Source: Octopus vulgaris (taxonomy: Eukaryota). From it: 64,000 nt of DNA. Below are positions 1-16,299 of the stretch, piece after piece. The notes under the pieces were generated by a model. It saw nothing but the letters and a program-made list of their open reading frames with translations. It was not told where the DNA came from and made no database searches. The stretch lies in the NCBI GenBank assembly GCA_951406725.2, contig OX597830.1, positions 9,238,001-9,302,000 on the forward strand, written 5' to 3'. The translations under genes and the position numbers were made by a program. Every line of letters starts with the position of its first letter. Within the stretch, counting starts at the first letter, position 1.

Positions 1-24
1 TACGCATACGTAATAACACATACA

Positions 25-66
<42 letters not shown>

Positions 67-625
67 TACACACACATATGTGTGTGTGCCTGCGTGTGTG
101 ATTGTATTCGTGTATTTGTATGTGTGTGTATATGTATGTATATACGTGTATGTGTGTATATGTTTTTGGGGAGAATATAAGTATGTATGCATGTATATAT
201 ATATATATATATATACACATATATATACATATATACATGTGTATATATATTTATATATATACATTCATTCATAGAAACCTCTGTGTGTGCGTGCGTAGGT
301 GTACTTAACCGTGTTGTAAAACAACCCTTAATGCTTGTTTGTAGAATTACTTCATTGAATCTATGATTCAATAATGAGTTCTCTGATTTCATTTCGTTGA
401 GCTAATGATGATGGTATGAGTCGAAACATAACCAGGAACGATTGATTTCTCTCGTGCGTTTCTTTTTCGACGAATATGCATACTTACGTACATTTTATGT
501 ATGTATATATGTATACATGTATACATGTATACATATGTATACATGAATATACATAAACACATATGTATAAGTATGTATATGTGTGTGTGTATTTATATTT
601 ATAACTTAACCTTATGTACTTTCTA

Positions 626-752
626 AAATCTCTGACAAAGCCTAGAGAAACACCCAAGTACCTCAATTTCATCTACTAATTACTTCAGTCTACTGGAGGG
701 ATAAAGGTAGAATGAGGTATTTTTGCCTCTTGGCCGAAACAGCTGTAAGATA
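626..752 (+). ncRNA. Degenerate type I hammerhead with ~97 nt stem II insertion
   Basis: AUCU-CUGACAA-AGCCUAGAG...AGUACCUCA/UGAGGUAUU...CUCUUGGCC-GAAAC-AGCU-GUA^AGAU. G8 is mutated to A. Same architecture as 50343-50456. Confidence 0.6.
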
Positions 753-997
753 TTTTCCCAATTTCTATTCCTTTATGTTATATATTTTGATAATTACTAG
801 TATCTTTATATATTATATATGTAAAGCATTATATGTTATACATGTATGTATATTCTTGTAATTGTCATTTTAGTACATATATAAATATATTGACATAATA
901 TAATGTCTAAAAGCTGATGAATACCGCCTATTGATCCCATTCACTTTCTTATTGCTATATATATATATTCATACCTGTATATGTATATATATGTATG

Positions 998-1050
<53 letters not shown>

Positions 1051-1113
1051 TATACATATGCAGGTATGTATATATATATATATTTATATCTGCATATGTA
1101 TATATATGTATGA

Positions 1114-1189
<76 letters not shown>

Positions 1190-1248
1190 GCAGGTATGTA
1201 TTGGCCGCGGCCTTCGGGCTAAAACGTTTTTAAGGATATATATATCTA

Positions 1249-1283
<35 letters not shown>

Positions 1284-1594
1284 TTGTGTTTGTGTGTGTG
1301 TATATGTATATACATATATACACTCACACACCATTATATAAACTACGGTATGAACCTTCTCACTAAAGTTCCGCCAGTTCTCAAGGGGATAAAAATGCAT
1401 TTAACTTTATTCTCCTCCATTAATGACATTTTCAACGACGTCGCTCAGTCACGTGACATTAAGATAGCGTCCACAATATGCCACGTGACTCTTAAATAAC
1501 CTATGCAACCTACACGCGCCCTTGTTTGCGTCTACCTGCTGCCTGGCTCTCTTTTGTTCCTTACATCCCATTTCTTTACACACGCGACCTACCC

Positions 1595-1657
<63 letters not shown>

Positions 1658-1926
1658 TATGTATATATATAGACATATATACCTATATATATATATGTAT
1701 ATTATATGTATTTGTGTGTGTATATATATATATATATGTGTATATGCACACGTCTTATATACACATGTTACGCGTGCAATATTTAACAATACAACCAAAA
1801 CATCTTTATACATACGTACGTATACACACTCGTGAATTCCCATGTGTACAGACCGGTCTGCTGTATATAATCTCCTGGGTTTTCTATCAGAATGTATAAT
1901 TTGTATACAGAGGCCACATGATGATA

Positions 1927-1977
<51 letters not shown>

Positions 1978-2766
1978 ATGATGATGATATGGATATTGTG
2001 TGTTGGTATATATGCGTATATATGTACGTGTATAGAAACATACATATATAGATGCACGCATAATTACAGGCTATATATATATATAAATGTGTACTGTATA
2101 TACATGTATCTATACATACGTATAGATGTGTCTATATATGCATGCATCACTATATTTATATATATGTATATATACAGATATACATGTATAACTACATTTA
2201 TATAAATGTACGTGTATCACTATATTTATATATATGTACATATATACCTATATATATACACATTTACACACATACACACATACATAGGTACGCACACACA
2301 TACATAAATATTGGTGCAGGCATTGCCACATGGTTATGAAGTTCATTACGGAACTACGTAGATTATTGGTTCATCAAGATGGCGGCTTACGACAATGAAA
2401 ATAATTTGGCGCGTGTTACCACGTACAGAAAGCCACAAACGAAACAAAAATCCCCCACCACCACCAAACGGCGAAAATCAAACTGCTACTACGAAGATTT
2501 GCATTAACTATTATATTAATTATAATAATCATATTATTATAGAATTATTTATAATTATTATATAATTATAATATTAATTATAAAGAAATAATTGCTTTAA
2601 CTAAGTAATTGGCAAAGAAATCGCCGTTAAAGCATAAGAAAGAGAAATTCTTGTAAATGAACATACAGAGAGGAAAAAGGAAGACACATACATACACGTA
2701 TGCATATATATACATATATACATACACACATACATACGTACATACGAACATAGACACACACACACG

Positions 2767-2798
<32 letters not shown>

Positions 2799-3914
2799 CA
2801 TACTCACATACATTCATACATTCATACACACATACATACATACAAGACGTGAGAAGTAATGATGCACACACACATTCATATACATGCCTGCATGCATACA
2901 TACATACATACATACATACATACATACATACATACATACATACATACATACATACACTCTTATCATTGTAAACAAAGAAAATAGCTTCTTCAGAGCATCA
3001 TTACACGTGTTTCAACAGCGTGGTTTATTCCTGTACGAGTCTGTTGCGTAACTTATTAGGTGACGTTATGTAAGTTTGTAATGTCGCAAAACGGTTCATG
3101 TTACCATGTAAATTATGCAATGGACTCGCATTTGGAATAAACCACGCTATTGAGAGATGAGCACTGATGCTTTGAATTCTCCATTCGGTTTCGTCTTTGT
3201 TTACTAAAGTACTGGTTTCAGATTTAGGCATAAGGCCAATATTTTAGTGGGGAAGAGTAAGTTGATTACGTTGACCCCAGTGCTCGACTGGCATTTATTT
3301 TATCGACCCTGAAAGGATGAAAGGCAAAGACGACCTCGGCAGAATTTGAACTCAGAACGTAAAGACGGACGAAATGTCGCAAAACATTTTGTTAGGTGTG
3401 TAAACGAGTTTACCTGCACGCTGCCTTTTTGTTTACTAAAATAATACATCATGTTAAATGTACCAGTTATTCCTTTGATATATTCACGGATCTTCGGGTT
3501 ACCCGCAACCAATAAACAGCCGTTTTACTATATAGACTGGTGATTTTAACAGACAGCTAGACAATACAAAGACGGACAGGAATAAACAAGGACGAGTCAT
3601 TCGCAGCCGTCTCTCATCAGTCAAGTTTCCAGATCTTCCTTACAGTTTCGGGCGGTTACATATGAGACTGTTCAAATCTGACTGACCCCCAAAATCTAAG
3701 CTACGAGCATCAAATTCTTTGGGAGAAAACAAACGAATGTGTACGACAACAAAGACAAAAAAAAAAAATCGGAAAAAATGTTACAGTTTTACAAATACAA
3801 ACAAGAAAATAACAACAGGTGTCTTTCTGAGACAAAGATTAAACAGAGTAAGAAAAAATATTGCAATGACCCCAAAATATTATGTCCTCAAATACTTTAC
3901 GCACTCTGTGAGTG

Positions 3915-3945
<31 letters not shown>

Positions 3946-4029
3946 ATATGTATGTATATATATATGTATGTATATATATATGGAAAAAAGTTAAGGTAGA
4001 AAATGCTAAAACAATTTTATAAAATAACA

Positions 4030-4072
4030 TTTCAGTACCGGTTTCAGTCATTCAAACTTTTTCAACTGTAAA
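4030..4072 (-). ncRNA. Minimal type I hammerhead ribozyme, U3:A8 core variant, in a PLE-like terminus (~3983-4140)
   Basis: Minus strand reads UUUACAG-UUGAAAA-AGU(UUGAAUG)ACU-GAAAC-CG-GUA^CUGAAA. Confidence 0.7.
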
Positions 4073-4674
4073 TATGGAAAACAATTAAATTTTGGAAAAA
4101 TTAAAAAAGCTTTTTAAAAGAATATTCGCATAGTGTTCAAATGCAAGTGGCATTTTCCTTGTTTCTGCCTGTTTCTGTCTCTGTTGTTTACTCTTGTGGG
4201 ATCGATATATATATGTAATAAGATGAACGTTATATATAAATAATTTCTTCTATTTAGTAAATTCAAGCAAGGAAGACGAAAAGAAAAGTATTATTTAGAT
4301 AACTTGTTTTATCTTTCGTAAAATGTGAAAAATCAGTTACAAAGTTTTATATTGTGAAGAGAAACCGAGAAAATATTCTAAAAAGACAAATATTAATAAT
4401 TAAAAGAGATTTACTTCTACTGAGGCAGACAATAATGATAGTTTCGAAAAAAGAAAAAAAATGTCTGCAATGAGATAATGAAAAATAAAAAAAAACAAAC
4501 AAACAAACAAAAACAAAAACAAAACAAAACAAAAGAAACCGAAATAAAAATAACATCTTCTGACCAAGACGCAATAATTTCAAGATTGGAATTTTTGATT
4601 AAAATTTATTAAAATAATTCATCAACAATGAAATTTTCACGATGTCGTAAAGTTCTGTTTTGAAAACTTTATAT

Positions 4675-4801
4675 CTCCTCCTCCTCCTCTTCTTCTTCTT
4701 CTTCTTCTTCTTCTTCTTCTTCTTCTTCTTCTTCTTCCTCTTCCTCCTCCTCCTCCTCCTCCTCCACCACCACCACCACCACCACCACCCCATCATCATC
4801 A

Positions 4802-4834
<33 letters not shown>

Positions 4835-5160
4835 CCTTCTTCTTCTTCTTCTTCTTCTACCTCCTCCTCCTCCTCCTCCTTCACCACCCCCACCCCCACC
4901 CCATCATCATCACATTGTTGTTGTTGTTGTTCTTCTTCTTCTTCTTCTTGTTCTTGTTCTTGTTCTTGTTCTTCTTCTACCTCCTCCTCCTACTCCTCCT
5001 CCTCCTCCTTCACCCCACCCCCCATCATCATCACATTGTTGTTGTTGTTGTTTTTCTTCTTCTTCTTCTTCTTCTTCTTCTTCTTCTTCTTCTTCTTCTT
5101 CTTCTGCTTCTTCTTCTTCTTCTTCTTCTTCTGCTTCTTCTTCTTCTTCTCCTTCTCACC
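4675..5160. repeat. Compound triplet microsatellite with higher-order repeat
   Basis: (TTC)n(CTC)n-CACC..CCCATCATCATCACA-(TTG)n unit occurs three times. Confidence 0.95.
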
Positions 5161-5665
5161 CCCTCGTTCCCTATCCATTACAAATCTTCCTTCAAACCCA
5201 TTTTTCTCACCCATAGCCCCCTGTTTTGCTGTGGCTCATAAACGCTGTGCATGACTTTGGAATTCAGAATTTGAATTGTGTAGATAGAGGTCGACACATT
5301 ATTCTTGCCGGTTGGGATTCATATAAGCCCCACGGCAGGGTTTTGTATCAATTTGTATCTATAGGAATATTCTTATGACCAGAAGAATGGTACCATTATC
5401 TTGTTTATTTCCGTTATTTTACGATACGGTATATAATTTGGTATAATAGGTTCCTAACTTCGAAATCGCAATAGATATTTAACCTTCTATTTGTAAATTG
5501 TGGATTTTATATGTCATGTCGCTCGCAGACAGCTTTATTCTAAAAAGATATAATACGAGTGAAAATAGTGGCTTTATACTGGTTTTTGACTGCTATTTCT
5601 AATCAAGTAAGAGTTTTTGCTACCCTCTCCCTTATAATTGTGATTTATTCATAATTATAAACACT

Positions 5666-5744
<79 letters not shown>

Positions 5745-6536
5745 GCGCTGGAGTGGCTGTGTGGATAGATGCAGGAGTGGCTGTGTGGTTGAGGTGCAGG
5801 AGTGGCTGAGTGGTAAGTAGCTTGCTTACCTCATTGCGCATGAGCGATACAGAATTGTGTTTGACACCGAAGCGGTAAGGCGTGCTTTTGAAGACGTCTT
5901 AAATTGAAGACTTTTGAAACTCAGCTGTAAGGTAAGACTTCCTTCTGTCTAGTGAGAACCTGTTGTAAGTCGCAAATTATTTTTACAAACAAGAAGTCCT
6001 CACTAGACCCTAGTCTGCCTGAGGCTGAGAGAAAATATTTATTCACTTAATTGTGAAAATTATTGGTTTGGTGGGCGCATCCTGCCAAAAAATTTTTGTT
6101 TGAAAATAGTGTTTCAACAATACATATATATGTATGTCTACACCAAGAAAGAGGAAGAGAAGGATATAAGTGGCTGTGCAGTAAATAGCCTGCTTACCAA
6201 TCACATGGTTCCGGGTTCAGTCCCACTGCGTGGCACCATGGGCAAGTGTTTTCTACTGTAGCCCCGGCTCGACCAAAGCCTTGTGAGTGGATTTGGTAGA
6301 CGGAAACTGAAAAGAAGCCCGTCGTATATATATGTATCTATGTATATGTTTGTGTATCTGTGTTTGTCCCCCCCCATCCCTTGGCAATCGATTTTGGTGT
6401 GTTTACGTTCTCGTAACTTAGCGGTTCGGCAAAAAGGACAGATAGAATAAGTACCAGGCTTACAAAGAATAAGCCTTGGGGTCGATTTGTTCAAATGAGT
6501 GAAACAAATAAAGGAAAAAAAGTATATATAGACAGA

Positions 6537-6611
<75 letters not shown>

Positions 6612-7083
6612 TATGTGTGTGTGTGAGAGAGAGGAAGCGAAGAGACCAATAGATATTGTGAGACAACTAATGCTGAAGAACTAGGAATATTTAGAAAGAA
6701 GGAAGATTAAGTCTTTGAGAGAGAAATTAGAGAGAGACGAAAATACGTGGCTTCTAACAGGAAACTATGCACAGCAATAAATGAATAAAAATACATTTAA
6801 ATTGATACATTAAATAGACTAAAACTTCCCCATTGCTTCAGAATTACCGAATGACGGTTAGCTTTTGTCTTCGTTTCTCTCTGGAGAGAATTGTTGAGGA
6901 TGTATCAGAAAGAAAGATGGCGACTCGCGAATAAAAGAAGGAAGTGTGAAGTGAAAAGTTATAAAAGTGTTGTTTAGAGGAGTGAAACAGGAAGTAGGTC
7001 TGTTTCATAGACAATAGTAGCAATGCAGTCTGGGATGTCGTCTACATGTCAGTCCAGTTACCATATACAGATATGTATAAGTA

Positions 7084-7138
<55 letters not shown>

Positions 7139-7257
7139 ATATGCGTATATATACGTATATATATTTAAATATACACTCATAAATATACACACATAGGTAT
7201 ATACATACATACATGCATATATATTCATATATACGTATATATATGTATATATATATG

Positions 7258-7313
<56 letters not shown>

Positions 7314-7637
7314 CATATATATATTACACAGTATATAAACACATATGTGTGCATTTATGTATGCATGTAAGTGCATATGCATTTATATATATACGTATAT
7401 ATATATCTGTATATATGAATATATATAAATATATATATGTACATATGTATAAATATATATATATATATACATATATAAACACGTACATACATATATGTGT
7501 GTGTGTGGGGGGGTGTAAGTTTACACAGACACCTATATGGAAATATATATATATGTATATATATTCTTAAATTCTTATATGCTTATATGCATATATAGAT
7601 TCATACACATGTATATGAATTATATTACACATATACT

Positions 7638-7673
<36 letters not shown>

Positions 7674-8118
7674 TATGTTAGCATGCATTACTTGTGTAAT
7701 GAAATAAAGAGAGTGAGAGAGGGGGAGAGAGAGGAGAGAGAAAGAGAGAGAAAACTTGAGAGTGCTGGTTGCACATTAACTTAATTTTATCATCACATCT
7801 GTACATCTGTGAAAACAGATGTCTACAGATGTGTAGAGAGATAATTAGTTTGGTTGTAGGAAACCAACAGTTGGGAGAAGGCGAGAAATTACAGGGGAGG
7901 GATATTAAAACGGAGGATGGCGAGACGGGGGTAGGAAATAGCTGTCTGCTCACTGAAATAGGGAAATAGAAAGAAAAGAAAAGAAAGAAAGAAGTATGAT
8001 AAGATAAATAAACACCCCCGCTTTCTCTATGAGGCCGTCACCCAACCACCTACCTACACAACTCTACCGGCAATCTTTGCTGTATATAGGAATGTCTACT
8101 TATCTATCTATCTATCTT

Positions 8119-8186
<68 letters not shown>

Positions 8187-8387
8187 GCCATTTGGTTCTC
8201 TCTGTTTCTGCCTCTGTCTCACTCTCCCCCCTCTCTCTCTCTCCCTATATATATATATACATATACATATATCTGCCTATCTGCCCTGTCTCATATGAGA
8301 ATATGTGAGCCTGTACTTCCTAGTATTTATGTTAGCTTACTCATTTGTAAACGGTTAAAATGTATGTATGTGTGTTTACATATACAT

Positions 8388-8483
<96 letters not shown>

Positions 8484-8551
8484 GTATTTATACATATATA
8501 GACATACACATACGTCCATATAAATGTTTGTATATACATATATATAAATAC

Positions 8552-8618
<67 letters not shown>

Positions 8619-9138
8619 CATATAAATATATATCTATTTATATATATGTATATACATTTATATGGACGTATGTGTATGTGTATATATGTATAAATGTTCC
8701 TATACAACTAACAGAAGCGCACGTGCAAACAAATGCTCTAACAATCCTGCCTCCAACCATACATACACATATACATACATGCATACACACACACATATAT
8801 GCCTATTTATATTATGTAGAGGTACACACGCACTTATGTATGTATGTTTGTACGAGTGTGTAATGGTTGTGTGAGATGTGCGTACTCCCTATAACGAATT
8901 TCATTCATGCGTCTGTTCATTGATGCTGTCATTGACATATTCTTCTGGATAACCACCCTGTTATTTTACACCCTTCGTTCGTTCACCCATTAACTGATCC
9001 TTCTTCATGTTGCTTTCCGATGAACCTCACCCCTGCATTTTGATTGTCTTACAAACCCTGTATTTTTTGCCCCTCTGCGACCCACCGCATCTCTCTCTCT
9101 CTCTTTCTCTCTCTCTACTTCTTTCACTCTGTCAGTCG

Positions 9139-9199
<61 letters not shown>

Positions 9200-9337
9200 T
9201 TATGTATCCATTTATCTATCTATCTATCTATTTACCAATTTATCTACCTACCTATCTACCTATCCATCCATCCATCCATCCATCCATCCATACATACATA
9301 CATCCATCCGTCTACCTGACTATCTACCTATCCATCC

Positions 9338-9416
<79 letters not shown>

Positions 9417-9417
9417 C

Positions 9418-9477
<60 letters not shown>

Positions 9478-9489
9478 GTCTAATTTGTG

Positions 9490-9695
9490 GGGAGGTTGCT
9501 ACTCGATTACATCTAGCCGTGTGTTCAACTGGTACTTATTTCACAGCCCCTGAACGGATGAAAGACAAAGTTGGCCTCAGCGGAATTTGAACTCATAACG
9601 TAGACAAATGTGTCAACGATTCTGCTTGCTCACCGCCTTCTCTCGAGTAATATATCCTTCATACGTTATATCCTTCTCTGCAAGTTTATAATGTT

Positions 9696-9751
<56 letters not shown>

Positions 9752-10370
9752 AATGCCTACTTAATCTCTCACTATTACATTCAAGAGCGCTTTGGCATTA
9801 GTCTGCACCGTGTAGCGGTATTTCGTCTGCCTTTATGTTCTGAGTTCAAATTCCGACGAGGTCGAGTTTGCCTTTCGGGTTCGATAAATTAAGTACCAGT
9901 TGCATACTAGGGTCGATCTAATCGACTGGCCGACCCCCCCCCCCCACCTAAATTTCGGGCCTTGTGCCTAGAGCAGAAAAAGAAAATTGCTACAAGGCGA
10001 GCAATTTTCAGGGAGAGGAATAAATCGATTACATCAATCTCAGTATGCAACTGGTTCTTATTTTATCGATCCTGAAAGGATGGAAAGCAAAGTCGTCCTC
10101 GGTGAAACTGGACCTCATAACGAAAAGACGGACGAAATGCTGCTAAGCATTTTGTCCGGTGTGCTAACGATTCTGCCAGCTCGCCGCTTTCCTTGATATT
10201 CGTTTCAAATTTTGACAATGCCAGCAATTTTGGGAGATGGTTTAAATCGGTGACATCAATCCCAGTGTTCAACTGGTAATTATTTTAGTGACCCCGAAAG
10301 GATAACAGGCAGAGTCGACCTTGGCGGAATTTAATCCTAGGACGAAAGGACGGCCGAAATGTGCCTTCCT
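9490..10370. mobile_element. Cluster of four decayed family A SINEs (others at ~3225-3427, ~18990-19290, ~19815-19980)
   Basis: Repeated GACCCCGAAAGGATGAAAGGCAAAGTCGACC-like core on both strands. Confidence 0.8.
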
Positions 10371-11185
10371 AGATATTAGAAAATAAACTCTCCAAGTACA
10401 ATGGTTGCTTTTTCCCGTCTCCTTCTGCGGCCCCCTTTTCCCGTCTCCTTCTGCGGCAACTTGTTTCGGTTGGGACATTTGCTAAGGAAGAGTTGCATTT
10501 GTCCAGGCGAATCACTCAACCGGATCGATAGATACATAACTAATAACAGGCACTTTAATAGTTACGGCTACGTCTGTTCTAGTTGATTTAATCAAGAGAA
10601 TAACCTGCCCGTGTCAGTGGTTGAGTACTCCACAGACACGCGTGCCCTTAACGTAGTTTTCAAGGAGGTTCAGCATGACACAGATTGTGCCAAGGCTGGC
10701 CCTTTCGAAATACAGGTGGATCTCAATTTTGTCAGTTGAGTGGACTGGAATAACGTGAAATAAAGTGCCTTGCTTTAAGACACAACACGCTGCCGAGAAT
10801 CGAACTCATTACCTTAGGATCGAAGGCTGAACACCCCTAACCATTAAGCCACACGCCAAGATAAACACAACACGAAAATGGAATCTCTACAAGATACATT
10901 TTTCTACATTAAAACAACATCTCTATAAAATAATCTCTTTCCACAACACCAAAGTACGACAATCACAACAAGAGACACTTTTGTAGAACGTCAAAACACA
11001 ACCAGCACCTGATAGCAACGAAACAGTCACTCTTTCCCAATGAACAGCACAGATCCTTGACCTGTTTCTCACTTCCAAATACACAGTCCCACTCAGCCGT
11101 CATCTACCCACCTCCACCTTCTTAATTATTCATTGGAATATCTGACTACTGTCTTATCAAGAGAACACACCTGAATTCCCGCTTC

Positions 11186-11241
<56 letters not shown>

Positions 11242-13015
11242 GTTTGTCTAATTTGTATAAGTTTTTATGAGTGATTCTGGAAAAGTGTTTGATAAGTAAA
11301 TTTGCTTGCTGTTCGAGGTGCGCGCGCATGTGGTGTGTGTGAGTGTGTGTGTGTGAGTGTGTGTGAGTGTGTGTATGTGAATGTGTGTGTGTGAATGTAT
11401 GTGTGAGAGTGTGTGTGACTGTGCGTGTGTATGAGTGTGTGAGAGTATGTGCGGTGTGTGAGTGTGTGAGTGTGTGTGTAAGTGTGTGAATGTGTGTGTG
11501 TGTGTGAGAGTGTGTGTAATTGTGTGCGTGTGTGTGAGTGTGTGTGTGAGAGTGTGTGTGTGTGTGTGTGAGTGTGTGTGTGAGAGAGAGAGTGTGTGTG
11601 AGTGAGTGTATGTGAGTGAGAGTGTGTGAGAGAGAGAGAGAGTCTGTGAGTATGTGTGTGTGAGCTTGTGTGTGTGTGTGTCTGAGAGAGAGAGAGAGAG
11701 AGTGTGTGTGTGTGTATTGCTTGCAGTTATCATTGTGTAATGAAGCGTTGTTGTTGTTGTTGAAGTTGTTCCTGTTGCTAATTACCACTTCTATCGTGTT
11801 TACTTCTCCTCATAGGGATATTGTCTTTATTAATTAAAATTATCGTTTCCCCCCACATAAACGCGTGTTAACATTCAACTTATCTATTCATTTTCCCTGC
11901 AGATCATGCCCCTGTGTTATTTCCTCTCTGTCTTCATGCTGTTTTGTCAGACGGACCTATATACAAGCAACATATATGCATATATTCCTTTCTCTGCATT
12001 TATTTGGCAGACATTTGAAAAGCTAAACTTCGCTGAAGAGGTTTAAAAACTCTGAACAATACCCACAGTTATTTCCCTTGCCTATCATCAATCTGATTTT
12101 CATTATTTTTAACCTCGTTGCCTATTATGAATTTCTAATCTTCCAGGACACCAGTGCATTAGCTATTAAATAATTTACAATTTACTCTGAGTTCTTTCCC
12201 CTGTCATTGTTTGGTTAATTAAATCAATATTCAACAATGTTTGCCTGTCCTAAGTTCCGGAATCCCTTTCTTTTATAAATATTACTGCAATGGCCTCATT
12301 CATTTTCATGGTATTTTGCTGTTTGTTTGAAATTATTCTATAAACGCTACATCATCATCTTATTTCTGTTTATCTTTCTCTTTTAATTTTTACTGGTTTC
12401 AGGTACCGTCTTGAAGGGGCTTTTAGTCGGACAAATCGACCCTAGAACTAATTTTTAAGTTTCGTGCTTATTCTCACCCTCCATCAGGCATTTGCCATAT
12501 TCTGAACGCCTTACTTCCCTGGGCATGGATACATTGAAACTCCGACGTCTGGCAGCTGACTTGGCAGACACCCATAAAATTAACCATCTTACTTTCGAAC
12601 AGCGTAAACTTAGACTTCATTATATCTTATCTTCCCTTTCTTTTTCAAAACGATTGCGTGTAATTTGAGGGAAATTTGGCTGTTATATCGAGCAACAAGA
12701 CAGACGGTTCTGTCTCATGTAAGTCAAAGTGGTTGGCACGACTGGTCTGTGAGAACGGGAATTATAAAAGAATTTGAGCTCACTGTGAGCTGTCATGATA
12801 ATCGTTGGTTGCAACATGTTGCTACAACCTACCCATGGTATCTATTTATAGCTCGGTGGATTGATCCAGCGAGGGATCAGAGTTCGGTCTGATTACACAG
12901 TATTAACACTTGTGAAGGAGACCATAATGATGTGTGTTGAACAGTAAATGATACAAGTTTAAGATGTGCAGATTGTCTGTGAATCTGAAATATCTTGTAA
13001 TCGTATACATCCTGT

Positions 13016-13560
13016 AAGGCGGCGAGCTGGCAGAAGCGGTAGCACGCCGGGCGAAATGCGTAGCCGTATTTCGCCTGCCGTAACGTTCTGGGTTCAAATT
13101 CCTCCGAAGTCGACTTTGCCTTTCATCCTTTCGGGGTCGATTAAATAAGTACCAGTTACGCACTGGGGTCGATATAATCGACTTAATTCGTTTGTCTGTC
13201 CTTGTTTGTCCTCTCTGTGCTTAGCCCCTTGTGGGTAGTAAAGAAATAGGTATTTCGTCTTTCGGAGTCGATAAATTAAGTACCTGTTGCGCACTGGGTC
13301 GATGTAATCGACTCAATCCCTTTGTCTGTCCTTGTTCGTCCCCTCTATGCTTAGCCCCTTGTGGGCAGTAAAGAAATAAGAAACGTTAGCACGCCGGGCG
13401 AAATGCTTAGCGGTATTTCGCCTGTCTTTACATTCTGAGTTTGACTTTGCCTTTCACCCTTTCGAAGTCGATAAATTAAGTACCAGTTACATACTGGAGT
13501 CGATCAAATCGACTGCCACTCCCTCCCCTAAACTTTCGGGCCTTGTAAAGTAGAAAAGAA
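13016..13560 (+). mobile_element. SINE family A (tRNA-like head, GCCTTTCATCCTTTCGGGGTCGAT central domain), multimer
   Basis: Head AAGGCGGCGAGCTGGCAGAA, B-box GGTTCAAATTCC; three partial units in tandem. Confidence 0.9.
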
Positions 13561-13863
13561 TCTTAGATAGTCTGTGTTCTCGTTCTAATTTTTTCTTCCT
13601 TTTCGTGGGGTTGGACGTGTTAAAAGGTTCTTGGTTTCCTCATTTACGGTGGTTTTGTTCTATATATTATCACATAGGCGCAGGAGCGGCTGTGTGGTAA
13701 GTAGCTTGCTTACCAATCACATGGTTCTGGGTTCATTCCTTCTGCGTGGCACCTTCGGCAAGTGTCTTCTACTATAGCCTCAGGCCGACCAAAGCCTTGT
13801 GAGTAGATTTGGTAGACGGAAACTGAAAGAAGCTCGTCATATCTATCTATCTATCTATCTATG

Positions 13864-13918
<55 letters not shown>

Positions 13919-13923
13919 GTATG

Positions 13924-14571
<648 letters not shown>

Positions 14572-14640
14572 ATATTTCGGAATGGTCATATTGCCAGTTT
14601 AGCCAATAAAATATTTAAACGTATATATATATATATATAT

Positions 14641-15123
14641 ATAGTCAATAATAAAAGGGTAAAATTGATTAATTATTAATTAACTTTACCAAGTAGTGTT
14701 CACTATGTAAAAAGACCATTTACGGTATATTTAAAACATTACGTTATATAATTAGGGTTCAGTAAAATAATTTACATTACCACACACCGAACTTTTAGAA
14801 ATAGCAGCCAAAAAATTTAGCTATTTCCTCTACTATAAGAAGAGTTAACGAAATCTTGTGCTGGTGACAGGAATGTTGATATAGGTATGTATTTCTAGCA
14901 TCTCTATATCTAACTAACCCAGAAACGGCGTTCTCAAGTAATCGATGTAAGTGTGATCTTTCGTTATTTTTCCCTCTATACCTACGTGAATTGTTTTTGA
15001 GTATACATTGTCTGGGAGACTTTTCTTATAGTAGAAGAAACAGCTAAATATTTTGGCTGCTATTTCTAAAAGTTCGGTTTGTGGTAAAGTAAATTTTTTT
15101 TACTGAACCCTAATCATATAACG

Positions 15124-15127
<4 letters not shown>
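14641..15127 (-). mobile_element. Fold-back element: tail plus ~108 bp imperfect arms
   Basis: Arms 14738-14845 and 15019-15127, tail 14641-14737, TA flanks. Confidence 0.8.
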
Positions 15128-15214
<87 letters not shown>

Positions 15215-15699
15215 CTTATGTGTCTGTGTTTGTCCCACCCAACATCGCTTGAGATCCGATGCTGGTGTGTTTACGTCCTCGTAACTTAGCGATTCGGTAA
15301 TATGAGACCGCTAGAATAAGTACTAGGCTTAAAAACAATAAGTCTTTGGGTCGATTCATACGACTAAAGGCGGTGCTCCAGCATGGCCACATCAAATGAC
15401 TGAATAAAATAAAAGAATGAAAGAAAATATATATACTACAAAGGAGTGTACTTACTTGTACTTGTGGCGACATTCACCCTGGGCGGCTTGAGTCGGCTTC
15501 TTCTACCACCCTCGAGGGTTGGAAGAAGTTTCGTGAGAATATGTGGATTTCACAAGCGGTCCCCAACAATCCCGCATGTAGAGACATCCTGTTTGCCGCA
15601 GATTGTCCGCAGACGCAGGGACAGAACGACTGAGGAACCGCCAGTTGCCGAAACAGACACTCCGAGGATTTTCGTCTGCCGGGTTGTGGCCCTAATACC

Positions 15700-15931
15700 T
15701 ATTTCTTTATTACCCACAAGGGGCTAAACATAGAGGGGACAACCAAGGACAGACATAGGTATTAAGTCGATTACATCGACCCCAGTGCGTAACTGGTACT
15801 TTAATTTATCGACCCCGAAAGGATGAAAGGCAAAGTCGACCTCGGCGGAATTTGAACTCAGAACGTAACGGCAGACGAAATACCGCAAAGCATTTCGCCC
15901 GGCGTGCTAACGTTTCTGCCAGCTCGCCGCC
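15700..15931 (-). mobile_element. SINE family A monomer with 16 bp TSD
   Basis: TTGTGGCCCTAATACC at 15684-15699 and 15932-15947. Confidence 0.9.
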
Positions 15932-16299
15932 TTGTGGCCCTAATACCACTCGGTGTCAGACCAATCCGCCTTGGGTGGCCCTACCAGGAACTGAAGTTCC
16001 CAACGGCATAGTTCTGACACTACCCGTTGCCAGCGTCCCCAGCGTCCCCACCACGGTGAGGAGGGGATGGGCTTTGGAGACGCAAAGGAGGGTGGCTAAG
16101 TGGTAAGGATATTAAGCTCAGGATCGAAAAGTCGTGAGTTCAATTCGCAAATGCACGTTGTGTCTTTATACAAGATACTTTAATTCACATTTTCCCAATC
16201 CACTCAGCTGGCAAAAATGAGTTGTACTCGTAATTAAAAGGGCCAGCCTTGTCACATTCTGTGACACACTGAATCTCCCTAAGAAACTACATTAAGACT

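Noticed and set aside
911-935. CTGATGA hammerhead-like word
   Set aside because: No GAAA or stem III follows.
2375-2507. AAGATGGCGGC (YY1-like) and TTTGGCGC (E2F-like) motifs with a 42-codon ORF
   Set aside because: Short motifs next to a decayed SINE head; no splice or other support for a promoter or first exon.
5885-5932. TTGAAGA...GAAAC...GTA hammerhead-like arrangement
   Set aside because: Stem II is offset by unpaired bases and stem I is only 3 weak pairs.
13016-13110. tRNA-like A/B box sequences at SINE heads
   Set aside because: No complete cloverleaf; they are heads of multi-copy SINEs, not tRNA genes.
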